A DNA stretch of 64,000 nt from the IMG/VR virus record IMGVR_UViG_3300032269_000703, positions 1 to 64,000 of that record, one strand, 5' to 3'. Below the pieces are notes generated by a model. That model saw only the letters and a program-made list of their open reading frames with translations, was not told where the DNA came from and searched no databases. Source of the stretch: a virus (taxonomy: Duplodnaviria; Caudoviricetes). Of this stretch, positions 35,623-44,803 are shown piece after piece. The first letter of the stretch is position 1. The number at the start of each line of letters is the position of its first letter. The position numbers were made by a program, and so were the translations under genes.

Positions 35623-36062
35623 AGACATGCACTTTATGCGGTATTGAGAAATCTTACGATCAATACACTAAAAAAAGCCGTAATAGGGATGGGTACATGG
35701 CTATGTGCCGTGAATGCTCTCTACCTAGGCGTCGTAAACAATATGAAGAAAATCCGGACTATCAAAGGAACGCAGTGAAGGTTCGTAAAGAAAATAATCG
35801 TGATCGCATAACACAGTACAAGATAGATAACCCTTGTGCTGATTGTGGTAAATTTTATCCTTCTTATGTGATGGATCTAGATCACGTACGTGGAGATAAG
35901 TTTAAAGGAGTATCTCAGCTAGTTTCACATAGCTGGGACGTAATAGAAACAGAAATTGCTAAGTGTGACTTAGTATGCGCTAATTGCCATCGTGAACGTA
36001 CTTTTAAACGTTTAGGCACAACACAACTCGACTACTACCATGAGGACTACCAACTTGATTAA
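35619..36062 (+). CDS. HNH endonuclease
   Basis: CTLC...CREC; CADCG...DLDHV...EIAKCDLVCANCHRERT. Confidence 0.85.
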   Translation: MKTCTLCGIEKSYDQYTKKSRNRDGYMAMCRECSLPRRRKQYEENPDYQRNAVKVRKENNRDRITQYKIDNPCADCGKFYPSYVMDLDHVRGDKFKGVSQLVSHSWDVIETEIAKCDLVCANCHRERTFKRLGTTQLDYYHEDYQLD

Positions 36063-36576
36063 GAACCCTATTGAAGTAACCCTAACTGAAGAAGAAGTAG
36101 CTGAAGGACTAGACTTTGTCCGTAAAGTACGTGAGAACAAAGAAAAGCATGGCGTACGTGACATGATGTTTGATCTTAAAAACACTTCTGAAGGAATCAA
36201 CATTATTGGTCATTTAGGAGAAGTAGCTGCTTCTAACTACCTTGGATTAAAAGTAAACCGTGATATTTACGTACATGGCGATGGTGGGCTAGATTTAGAG
36301 CTAGATGGCACCACAATCCAGGTAAAAACAAGTAAACTACCTAAGATGATATTTAACCATCATCTAGGGTTTTCTACTGATATCGCAGTACTAGCCCAGT
36401 ATATTGGTGAAGATAACCGTCATGCTGAAAAAGATCCTAGGTTCCTTATTTGGGGTTGGATCAATAAAGAGCAGTTTATGGAAAAGTACTACCCTTATGA
36501 TTTTGGCTACGGAACACGTCTTGTAGTTGAGTCTATTCAATTAAACCCTATGGATAAGTTGGTCAAAGTAAAATGA
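36040..36576 (+). CDS. PD-(D/E)XK nuclease-like protein
   Basis: GHLGEVA...GDGGLDL...IQVKTS...WGWI. Confidence 0.55.
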   Translation: MRTTNLIKNPIEVTLTEEEVAEGLDFVRKVRENKEKHGVRDMMFDLKNTSEGINIIGHLGEVAASNYLGLKVNRDIYVHGDGGLDLELDGTTIQVKTSKLPKMIFNHHLGFSTDIAVLAQYIGEDNRHAEKDPRFLIWGWINKEQFMEKYYPYDFGYGTRLVVESIQLNPMDKLVKVK

Positions 36577-36709
36577 TGTTTTTATGGTTAATACTGTCTG
36601 GAATAGGCATTACAAGTATTATTATTATAGGTTTGTTCTCTTTAATTATTTTTATTGAGGCACTTGCAAACCATTCTGATTTAGATTCGGATTTTTGGAA
36701 AGAGTAGCT

Positions 36710-36895
36710 ATGGGTTACATTAATGAGCTTCGTACTGGACTTGCTGGCGGTCGTGGCAATCTAAGCCTAAAAATCTCTACTCGCTATGATGGTCTTGGCA
36801 TTAACGCGCAAAAGTTTGGCGGAAAGCAGTTTACTGTAGGTGAAACAAACTACGCTAGCAGTAACAAAGGAATTGCTAAACCAGGCAGCTTTTAA
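36710..36895 (+). CDS. Small Gly-rich hypothetical protein
   Basis: Start MGYINELR; coupled to the next gene. Confidence 0.45.
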   Translation: MGYINELRTGLAGGRGNLSLKISTRYDGLGINAQKFGGKQFTVGETNYASSNKGIAKPGSF

Positions 36896-37029
36896 TGCTT
36901 AGCACACAGTTTTCTAGAGCTACCGGCATGTATGGCGGTCCTAGAGGTACTTACGGTACTTATCTTGTAGGTCAAAATGTAGATCTAGCAAGTTTTAAAA
37001 CCGATAGAGAAAGACAGTCAGGCGAATGA
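36895..37029 (+). CDS. Small protein with LSxQF leader (44 aa, not in ORF track)
   Basis: MLSTQFSRATGMYGGPRG...; TAATG-coupled. Confidence 0.5.
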   Translation: MLSTQFSRATGMYGGPRGTYGTYLVGQNVDLASFKTDRERQSGE

Positions 37030-37105
37030 TCCCAGAAGAAGAAGAATTTGATTTTGACTTTGTTATTTTTGATGAAGACGAAGAGGATGAGGATGAGGAT
37101 GAACA

Positions 37106-37360
37106 ATGAGTTCCTCTACTCTAGGTGTTCAATTTCAGGGCATTAGTGGTCTTTCTAATTACTGGACTAATATTCCATCTATGATTATGGGCATTAATGG
37201 CGGTGCTGCATTAAGCACTACAACTGGAGTTCCACTTGGCACACCTTCTGAAGAAATTTTTGCTAAAGTAGGTGGAGGAGTTAAGAAAGCTGATGATGTC
37301 AGTGATCAACTACCAGCATCTACATCAGGTATGTTACAGGGCGGCACAGCCGCTAGTTAG
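37106..37360 (+). CDS. Small protein with LGxQF leader
   Basis: MSSSTLGVQFQG. Confidence 0.5.
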   Translation: MSSSTLGVQFQGISGLSNYWTNIPSMIMGINGGAALSTTTGVPLGTPSEEIFAKVGGGVKKADDVSDQLPASTSGMLQGGTAAS

Positions 37361-37368
37361 GAAACACT

Positions 37369-37563
37369 ATGTTTGCAGCGTTACTTCCACTAGTTGCACG
37401 AGTTGGTGCAGGACTTGGTGCTAGAGCAGCAGTAGGTATGGGTGCCGCTGAAGGCGGTATTGGTGCTCGTGTTGGAGCAAACCTAGGTGAACGAGCCGCA
37501 GTATCTGCTGCTAGACACCTTAGCGGTCAATTTAACAATGAACGCAATAATCAATATAATTAA
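37369..37563 (+). CDS. Small Gly/Ala-rich protein with C-terminal LSGQF
   Basis: 64 aa, AGGA RBS. Confidence 0.5.
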   Translation: MFAALLPLVARVGAGLGARAAVGMGAAEGGIGARVGANLGERAAVSAARHLSGQFNNERNNQYN

Positions 37564-37624
37564 TTTTTATAATTCCGCACTTATCTAGACCACAATATGT
37601 ACCCTTTTTTAGATAAGGTAAATA

Positions 37625-37891
37625 ATGAAACTTTTTGGAAATGTCCTTCTTAGAATTTTGGCGACATTCGTTGCGTCCGCTCTTGGCGTTATTGGTGCTG
37701 GGTCCCTTGGCGGTGTTGCTCCTGCTACTGCCGCCTTTGTTGGTGGTATCCTGGCTGTTGCAAAAGTTATAGAACGCCTATCTCTTGCCTTCCTAGAAGA
37801 TGGCAAGTTGTCTAATGCTGAGATTAACGCAGCGTTCCAGCAGTCTGTTCAACTAAAGAATGTCAAAGAACCAAAGGCTCCTAAGAACTAA
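37625..37891 (+). CDS. Holin-like membrane protein
   Basis: Two hydrophobic helices and a charged C-terminus; lies near the M23 peptidase. Confidence 0.55.
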   Translation: MKLFGNVLLRILATFVASALGVIGAGSLGGVAPATAAFVGGILAVAKVIERLSLAFLEDGKLSNAEINAAFQQSVQLKNVKEPKAPKN

Positions 37892-39441
37892 TGAGATTGT
37901 TGCGTAAACTCGCAACGCTACTCGTCACACTACCTCTTGCTCTTACACCTTTACTACTTCCAGCAATAGCGTCTGCAGACACAGTATCCGGATTGAATGT
38001 CGAAGTTTATACTTATGACCCCTCAAGCACGCCTGACCGTAAACCTTATCAACTTTGTGAAGGTGCTTGGACTCACGCTGACAACATTGACTCTGATTTT
38101 GATGCTTTAGGTTCTGTTGCGGGATGTAGACCTGATTGGGTTTTAGTCCATTACACAGGCTTTGTAACTTTTCCAAAGTCTGGTACTTTTGCGTTTATGG
38201 CTCCTGCTGATGATGGGTTCTGGCTATCTCTTGATGGAACTTCAATCATTACTAATGACTGGGTTCTTAAAGGTCGATGGGGGCAAGTTTATCCTGACGT
38301 GCAGATTGAGGGCGGGCATACTTACGCTCTAGATGCTTGGTTCTACGAGTATGGTGGCGGTGCTAGTGCTACTTTAATGTACTCTCCTGATAATGGAAAT
38401 AACTGGAATGTTGTACCTTCTGAATACTATACAACTGATGGTTCTGCACCGGTAATTGTTGCCCCGCCTTCTTTGAGCCAGCCAGTTGGTTTGAACGGCA
38501 CTGCTGATGGAACTAACGTTGATCTAGTTTGGGGAGCAGTAGTCGAAGACACTCCTATTGAGCATTATGCAGTTATGTGGACTTATGCTGGAGCAGATGG
38601 CTGGGGCATAAGCGCTGCTGACCAAAGCATTACTATTGGCGGTTTGCCGGAAGATACAGACGTGACATTCTGGGTCCGTTCTGATAATGACACACTTCAC
38701 GTTTACTCCCAGTATTCTGACCCAATTATTGTACATACTGGCTTTGACCCAATAGTTATTCCTGTACCACAGCCTACAGAGCCACCTGTTGTAGTACCTC
38801 CTGTAATTCCAGAGCCGCCAGTTGACCCTAAGCCACCAGTTATTCCAGACCCACCTGTAGTGCCTGATCCTCCTATAGTTGTGCCTCCAGTTATTCCTGA
38901 TCCACCAGTGGTTGTTCCGCCTGTGGTAGTCCCAGAACCTCCAGTTGTAGTGCCAGACCCACCAGTTGTTCCAGAGCCTAAGCCAGAACCACAGCCAAAG
39001 CCACAAGGTTCTCCAGAGATTCCTGCCGTTATTGAAAACCTAATGCAGGTAGACCTACAGGCAGTAGACCCAACTGAACTTACTCCAGAACAAGCTACCC
39101 AACTTGTAGAAGCGGCTTTGGTGGTATTTGAAACAGCCACAGAAGGCTCTCCAGAATACCAGCAAGCGTTGGACGCGCTTTACTTGGCAGCCGAGCAAGA
39201 TGACATTGTGGTTGACCCAGGCATTGCTAATATTCCTGGTGTTGGTCAAGCCGCTGTTGCTATTGCTAATGTATTGAATGCCATTGGTAACGTAGGTGCG
39301 GACATCTCACCTAAAGCCCGTAAAAAGGCTCAGACGCTTGTTGTAACCACTCTTGTTGTTGGGCAAATTGCTCAGACAGCAGCCCTAGCTACCGCATCTT
39401 CAGGCGGTTCATCTAACCGAACACTTAGGAGAAAACAATGA
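37891..39441 (+). CDS. Secreted/membrane protein: PA14 domain, FN3 domain, Pro-Val repeat linker
   Basis: Signal peptide; ADDGFWLSLDG...WFYEYGGGA (PA14); P..L...VDLVW...ITIGGLPEDT..FWVRS (FN3); (P[DE]PPVVV)n. Confidence 0.75.
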   Translation: MRLLRKLATLLVTLPLALTPLLLPAIASADTVSGLNVEVYTYDPSSTPDRKPYQLCEGAWTHADNIDSDFDALGSVAGCRPDWVLVHYTGFVTFPKSGTFAFMAPADDGFWLSLDGTSIITNDWVLKGRWGQVYPDVQIEGGHTYALDAWFYEYGGGASATLMYSPDNGNNWNVVPSEYYTTDGSAPVIVAPPSLSQPVGLNGTADGTNVDLVWGAVVEDTPIEHYAVMWTYAGADGWGISAADQSITIGGLPEDTDVTFWVRSDNDTLHVYSQYSDPIIVHTGFDPIVIPVPQPTEPPVVVPPVIPEPPVDPKPPVIPDPPVVPDPPIVVPPVIPDPPVVVPPVVVPEPPVVVPDPPVVPEPKPEPQPKPQGSPEIPAVIENLMQVDLQAVDPTELTPEQATQLVEAALVVFETATEGSPEYQQALDALYLAAEQDDIVVDPGIANIPGVGQAAVAIANVLNAIGNVGADISPKARKKAQTLVVTTLVVGQIAQTAALATASSGGSSNRTLRRKQ

Positions 39442-39626
39442 AGAAAGTAAAGAAATTCCTAGTAGCCTTACTTAGAGACCTACTTGACCAGGCTTGGACC
39501 CTTTTAGGTCTTGCTCTTGGTTGGGTTCTGCTTGAAGGATCTGCTAGAGATATTGTAGGTAAGTTGATTGGTGTTACCCTACTTATTTGGATTCTTACGT
39601 TTCCACTGCGTAATCGTGACGAATAG
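39438..39626 (+). CDS. Small two-TM membrane protein
   Basis: Two hydrophobic segments. Confidence 0.55.
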   Translation: MKKVKKFLVALLRDLLDQAWTLLGLALGWVLLEGSARDIVGKLIGVTLLIWILTFPLRNRDE

Positions 39627-39660
39627 TAGATAATAGTAATATCAACCCGAAAGGACAATA

Positions 39661-40119
39661 ATGTCTGAAATTGTATACCATGAACCATTTGATAAAAAGC
39701 TTAGAGGCGATGAGCTTGGTAATCTAGCTCCATACCGTAATGGTCGACCACACCGTGGACAAGACTGGCACCCAAAGGAAAAGTCACCAATTCACGCTAT
39801 TTGTGATGGAACTGTTGGTCTAGTTGCTTGGACTGATGTTTTAGGACACATTATTGTTCACTCTTCAAAAGATGCTAAGCACTGGGTTCTTTACGCTCAC
39901 CTTGCTGAAAAACCTACCCTTAAAAAAGGCGACAAGGTTGAAGGTGGAAAGACTGTTCTAGGACTAGTTGGTGGCGGTAAGAACACACCATCAGGGTCTG
40001 CATCTACTGGTGCTCACCTACACATGACCGTTGCTACTATGGGCAAAGACTTCTCAGGTGTAGAAGCACACATGCTTCCATTTGAGCGTCTAGTTGACCC
40101 ACTAACTCTATTTAAGTAA
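39661..40119 (+). CDS. M23 family peptidase (endolysin candidate)
   Basis: HRGQDW (HxxxD), YAHL and STGAHLH (HxH). Confidence 0.88.
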   Translation: MSEIVYHEPFDKKLRGDELGNLAPYRNGRPHRGQDWHPKEKSPIHAICDGTVGLVAWTDVLGHIIVHSSKDAKHWVLYAHLAEKPTLKKGDKVEGGKTVLGLVGGGKNTPSGSASTGAHLHMTVATMGKDFSGVEAHMLPFERLVDPLTLFK

Positions 40120-40313
40120 ATGATACAGAGAAAAGCCCTAACTGTTAATAACGGTGCTGCTCTTAAGCGCACTAAGCTATTTAACCAGTCTAGGGCTTTA
40201 TCTGTACCTAAGCAACAAAAACAAGAGACATCTGTGTTCGTACACGCGCGCGCAGGAAGACAAAACTCAGAGGGTTTTGGTGGCGGAAATAGAGTAGGAA
40301 AAAGGTAGTATAC

Positions 40314-40658
40314 ATGGATCAAGTTGTACTATATTGGGCTGCTGGTATAATTACAGTAGGAACTGCACTTAGTATGTTAGCTGTGGCTCTAAAACGCCTC
40401 TACAAGCGCGTACAGGGCTTTATGGAGAATTGGGATCAATTTCACAGAGATTGGTCTGGAGAGCCTGCAATGCCCGGTAGAAGTGCTGTACCTGGTGTTA
40501 TGGAGCGACTCAACCGGATTGATGGGGAATTAAAGCGTAATGGTGGTTCTTCTATGAAAGATGCAATAAATAGAGTTGAAAAGAAATTAGAGCAAATCGA
40601 TGCTAGACTTGATCAAGGTAACCAACGATTTGACGAAATCGAAATGAGAATTAAATGA
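40314..40658 (+). CDS. Membrane protein with coiled coil (lysis-associated, actinophage type)
   Basis: N-terminal TM; ELKRNGGSSMKDAINR motif. Confidence 0.6.
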   Translation: MDQVVLYWAAGIITVGTALSMLAVALKRLYKRVQGFMENWDQFHRDWSGEPAMPGRSAVPGVMERLNRIDGELKRNGGSSMKDAINRVEKKLEQIDARLDQGNQRFDEIEMRIK

Positions 40659-41164
40659 CTATTATGCCAAATAAAAAAGGCGGTAGAGTACCACAGCCGG
40701 GTGTAAATAACCCTATTGGTAGTGCAGGTGACTTTAAAATTGCTGTAAATAGCGGTGCTACTGGTTCTATTTTAGGTGCACTAGGTACTAGACTAAATGC
40801 ACGAGGAATGAGCTGGAATGCTGCTCGTGCTGCATTAGAGGTTGCTAAAGTTGAAGCTCAAAGAGATATGACTGTAAGATCTATGGAGCTACAGGCAGCA
40901 GCTGAGGCTCAGCAAAGAAAACATGAAGCAGACATTAAAACTACTCGTATGAACAATACACACGAGCTTAAAAAGATTACTCTTACAGCAGAACAAGCGC
41001 GTCTAAACCAGCTACAGTCTACAAATAATGTTCATGGTGTTCTAGACAGACTAAGAGATGACTTCCCTGGTGCCAACCTTGAGTTTGAAACTGAACGTGG
41101 TGAAAGGGTTAACATAACTCGTCCAAAGGGGGCGTCCTCTGAAGATTCAGAGGATGGGAGTTAA
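40655..41164 (+). CDS. Hypothetical coiled-coil protein
   Basis: 169 aa. Confidence 0.5.
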   Translation: MTIMPNKKGGRVPQPGVNNPIGSAGDFKIAVNSGATGSILGALGTRLNARGMSWNAARAALEVAKVEAQRDMTVRSMELQAAAEAQQRKHEADIKTTRMNNTHELKKITLTAEQARLNQLQSTNNVHGVLDRLRDDFPGANLEFETERGERVNITRPKGASSEDSEDGS

Positions 41165-42101
41165 ACCTAAATCTAGTAGAAATGCTGCGTTTAGTCAGGG
41201 TTCTGGTGGTGGAAGAACTACACGCGTAGTTGAAGCACCAAGTTATGATGAGCCTGAAGAAGATGCTGATGAGTATGAAGATGAAGATGAACATGAAGAT
41301 GAACAAGAGTCATCAACACCTCAAACATCAACACCTACTGTAACTACTACACCTGCTACTACAGCTATCCCTACTTCTACTCGTACTGCAACACCTGTGT
41401 CTTCTGTAGAAAAGTCTGAGAAAGAAGCAAAGGAAGCTAAAGATCGAGATGACAGAGTAGCTCAATCTATTATTGAAAATGAACCAGATAAACTAGACTT
41501 CTTTAAAAATAGAATTGGAAGTTCTTGTAAATCTTGTGGAGAAAAAATCCAAAGTTTACATGACAGTTATAGAAAACATGATATTGAGTCTAATGGTCTT
41601 TGTAGCCATGCTTTTGATGCAATTGAAGCGTGGGATGGTAGTGACGTCTCTTCTATTACTAAAAAAACACTAGGCATTTCTTTTGATAAAAATAGTGGTG
41701 GCAATGAACAAAACGTGAGTGCTGATGACCCTACTACATGGACGCCTGAAATGAAAAAGGCTCACAAAGCCCATTACGAAGAGTTTGCACCACATTTTAA
41801 AGATTTAGATACAGAAAGAAACATTACTCATGGGTTTGCACCTAAAGACATAGAGAATTGGTCTTCTGCTGAAACTAAATGGGGGCAAGCTGAATTTAAA
41901 GGGGCTCCTCCTGGTGCTGATAAACTAAGGTATGCTAATACAGAAAAAGAAGTAAAGTATTCTTTAAATAGAGTTGGCAAACCATGCTCCTTCTGTGGAG
42001 AGGACATTCCTTCAGTAGAAGAGTTGGATGAACATCTAATAAATAAAAATGGTTGGTGTGGCACCGCAAGCTCAGCTATGAGATTTGCAAGTGATAATTA
42101 G
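41154..42101 (+). CDS. Hypothetical protein with acidic/Thr-rich linker and duplicated zinc module
   Basis: RNAAF near the N-terminus; two NRxG..CxxCGE.I...H...NG.C modules. Confidence 0.55.
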   Translation: MGVKPKSSRNAAFSQGSGGGRTTRVVEAPSYDEPEEDADEYEDEDEHEDEQESSTPQTSTPTVTTTPATTAIPTSTRTATPVSSVEKSEKEAKEAKDRDDRVAQSIIENEPDKLDFFKNRIGSSCKSCGEKIQSLHDSYRKHDIESNGLCSHAFDAIEAWDGSDVSSITKKTLGISFDKNSGGNEQNVSADDPTTWTPEMKKAHKAHYEEFAPHFKDLDTERNITHGFAPKDIENWSSAETKWGQAEFKGAPPGADKLRYANTEKEVKYSLNRVGKPCSFCGEDIPSVEELDEHLINKNGWCGTASSAMRFASDN

Positions 42102-42116
42102 TATTGTAGGTAAGTG

Positions 42117-44261
42117 ATGGCATCCTCTAAAAATAAACCTTCTCCTAGAGAAGAACAATTACAACGAGTAGCGGCAAGATTAAAGTTAAGCCGTTTTATG
42201 GATTCTAATAAGCCCGTAACTTGGAGCGATGAAGTTGTAGCTGGGCATTCTAAAGCTGTAAAAGAACTAAGAGATGCTATCCCAGAAGACTCAAGCATAC
42301 TCAATGAGTTTACTCCAGAAGCTGTACAGAAAATAAGACAGGAAAAACAGGCTATTCCAGTTAGTCTTAAAACTGTTGGGGTAAAACCAGTAGAAAATCC
42401 AGAAAGACTGGTATCTTCTGAAATAACTTCTTCTAATCCTGGTATTGATCCTTCTAAATACTTAGAAACAAATGAAGATGCTATTAGATCTAGATTTGTT
42501 TTATCTACGGATGCTAGAGGATTTACAACTGCATCCTATCAAGATCCAAACCCTATTTCTACAGCACAAGTATCTATTGGTCCTCGTATTGAATATAAAG
42601 AGGATGGTGTACCAGTATATCTGGGTCATAAAGGAACCTTTTCAGTAAAAACTAATAACAGCAGTAGAACCGATATGAACCAAAGCCTGAATGGATGCGG
42701 TCCTAATTGTGATCAGACATACGAGTATAGAGTTGCTAATAGCACTGACTGGGGTCCCTCTCTTGTAGCTCATCAAGACCAAGAAGCCCACCTTTCTAGA
42801 GTTATAGACGATGCTGTTAAGCATATTGCTCTTTATCACAGAGGACTACTTGGAGAAAAGAACACCTATGGGTTTGATTCTGGCGAGTACTATAGAGGAA
42901 GAGCTAAAAAAGCTCAAGAACAGCAAGCTAGCTCTGGAGCTACTGCAGAGTTTACTACTTTTCAAGATAAATATGAAAAAACAGTTGCTGGAATAGACTC
43001 ATCTGGTAAACCTAATGGTATTGAAGATGAAGATTGGAAATCTTTAGATGCTAATCAAAAAGCAATTGTAGCTAAGTTTGCACAACATCACGATGATTAC
43101 GTGGGTTCTACAGTAGATGATGCTGGTTTGGTACATTTAACTCACGCTCAGTATGAGCTTAGTAATAAAATGGGTGAAAGACTCCATAAGCTTGAGCACT
43201 CATTTGGTTGGCAGGATAGTGGGTATGAATGGCACCATGACGACCTAGAACCAAACGATCATGATACTAACCCTTATCATAGAGTTGTTTTGAAACAGAA
43301 TTTGCCTATTATTAATAGAATGTCTACTTTATTAAAAAATTATAAGTTTGCAGATCTATTAAGTAAAGATAATTACAATCCTTCTTTAGAAAGCTCTCAA
43401 TTACGAGAAGGAACTCCTTTATCTTTACCTAGTTCTTCTGAACAACCTCAATCTGCTCTTACTGTACAAGAACAAAATCAAGCAGAAACTGAAGCCGGAA
43501 CTAACGTATCTGCTCAAATGACTGAAGCTGGGGTTGCTCCTGCATTACCTTCTCAACCAACAGCAACTTATCAAAGTGGTGGAAGTTTAAGTTGGAAAGA
43601 TTCTCTTGATAAGTTTAACGAATGGCGTGCAGCTAAAAAAGTAACGTATAAAGACAACGGTCCTGCTATACGAAAAATAGCAAAAGAAATTCGTGCAAAA
43701 TCTCCAGGGGTTGTAGGGCACTTACTTGATCTTGATGATAAATTTTCTTCATTAACTAACAATCAAAGACTATCTGAAGATGACCCTAGAAAAGAACTTG
43801 TTAATAGTTTAAGATCAGCTGCGCAGTCTATCCACAGCCATATATCAGACAAAGCATCAAACAGCCCTGATGAACTTGCCACTGAACTACCACAAAGCCT
43901 TAGAGCAGATCATTTATTAAATGAAACTCCTACTATTGCTAAAGAAGCTGATGTTGGTCAGCCAGATAAAATAGACCCTAATTTATGGGTAACATTATCT
44001 CCAGATCAAAAAAATCATGTTAAAAACTATGTACGACTTCATGATAAAGTTCAAAGTTTTCAGCTTCCTAATGGTCAAATTGCTGGTTCAGACGAAAGTT
44101 TAAGTGCCTATAATGAAATGCACAATTATAGAAGGAAACTAGAAACCTCATTTGGGGCTACTGGAGCTTCAAAAGTAGGTAACGAAAAGTATGACGTTGC
44201 GTCTAAAAAAGTGTTTGATTTACTAAAAGAGTACCCCCTTGGTATTGCACGGGTTTTTTAA
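42117..44261 (+). CDS. Large hypothetical protein with internal repeat
   Basis: About 714 aa; G.P..I....W..L...QK..V..[FY]...HD occurs twice. Confidence 0.6.
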   Translation: MASSKNKPSPREEQLQRVAARLKLSRFMDSNKPVTWSDEVVAGHSKAVKELRDAIPEDSSILNEFTPEAVQKIRQEKQAIPVSLKTVGVKPVENPERLVSSEITSSNPGIDPSKYLETNEDAIRSRFVLSTDARGFTTASYQDPNPISTAQVSIGPRIEYKEDGVPVYLGHKGTFSVKTNNSSRTDMNQSLNGCGPNCDQTYEYRVANSTDWGPSLVAHQDQEAHLSRVIDDAVKHIALYHRGLLGEKNTYGFDSGEYYRGRAKKAQEQQASSGATAEFTTFQDKYEKTVAGIDSSGKPNGIEDEDWKSLDANQKAIVAKFAQHHDDYVGSTVDDAGLVHLTHAQYELSNKMGERLHKLEHSFGWQDSGYEWHHDDLEPNDHDTNPYHRVVLKQNLPIINRMSTLLKNYKFADLLSKDNYNPSLESSQLREGTPLSLPSSSEQPQSALTVQEQNQAETEAGTNVSAQMTEAGVAPALPSQPTATYQSGGSLSWKDSLDKFNEWRAAKKVTYKDNGPAIRKIAKEIRAKSPGVVGHLLDLDDKFSSLTNNQRLSEDDPRKELVNSLRSAAQSIHSHISDKASNSPDELATELPQSLRADHLLNETPTIAKEADVGQPDKIDPNLWVTLSPDQKNHVKNYVRLHDKVQSFQLPNGQIAGSDESLSAYNEMHNYRRKLETSFGATGASKVGNEKYDVASKKVFDLLKEYPLGIARVF

Positions 44262-44326
44262 ATAAACCACTTTAAACAGTACAAACCTACTAAAATATGT
44301 AATCCTTATATTATTAAGGAGTAATC

Positions 44327-44578
44327 ATGGCTACTTGCGCTAACTGTTCTAATGACGCTTTTTTTGTTTATCAGGTAACTGATTCATATGGAATTGACTT
44401 TTGTTCTTCACACGTGCCTAATTTTCTGCGTCGTGAAAAATACGCATCAAGCCTTATTACACTAGATTTACCTGTTGTTGAAGAAACAGCTACGGCATCT
44501 AAGAAAAAGAAGTCTGTTGAAGAAGTAGTTGAGGAAACTCCTGCTGAAGATCCAGAATCAGAAGATGCCTCTAATTAG
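44327..44578 (+). CDS. Small zinc-binding protein
   Basis: CANC...FCSSH; AAGGAG RBS. Confidence 0.55.
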   Translation: MATCANCSNDAFFVYQVTDSYGIDFCSSHVPNFLRREKYASSLITLDLPVVEETATASKKKKSVEEVVEETPAEDPESEDASN

Positions 44579-44801
44579 AAAATTTGCCATTCAAGGTCAC
44601 CCTGTACCTAATGGCTACACTAGACCTCGTGGACCATTTCCACCAGAAGTCCTAGCGCAGGCTGGGGTGGTTCATGAAGAATACGACACGGACTCTTTAC
44701 ACGAAGCCCTAGACAACGTTCGCATGTTCCGATGCAAGGAATGCGAAGATATACTCTACGAGGACGAACTTATCAATCATGATTGCGAAAGCGAGTATTA
44801 A
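44565..44801 (+). CDS. Small zinc-finger protein
   Basis: Start MPLIRKF; CKEC...HDC. Confidence 0.5.
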   Translation: MPLIRKFAIQGHPVPNGYTRPRGPFPPEVLAQAGVVHEEYDTDSLHEALDNVRMFRCKECEDILYEDELINHDCESEY

Positions 44802-44803
44802 AA

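Noticed and set aside
38524-39140. Trp/Arg/Asn-rich and Gly/Thr-rich minus-strand ORFs
   Set aside because: Antisense shadows of the Pro-Val repeat in the PA14 protein.
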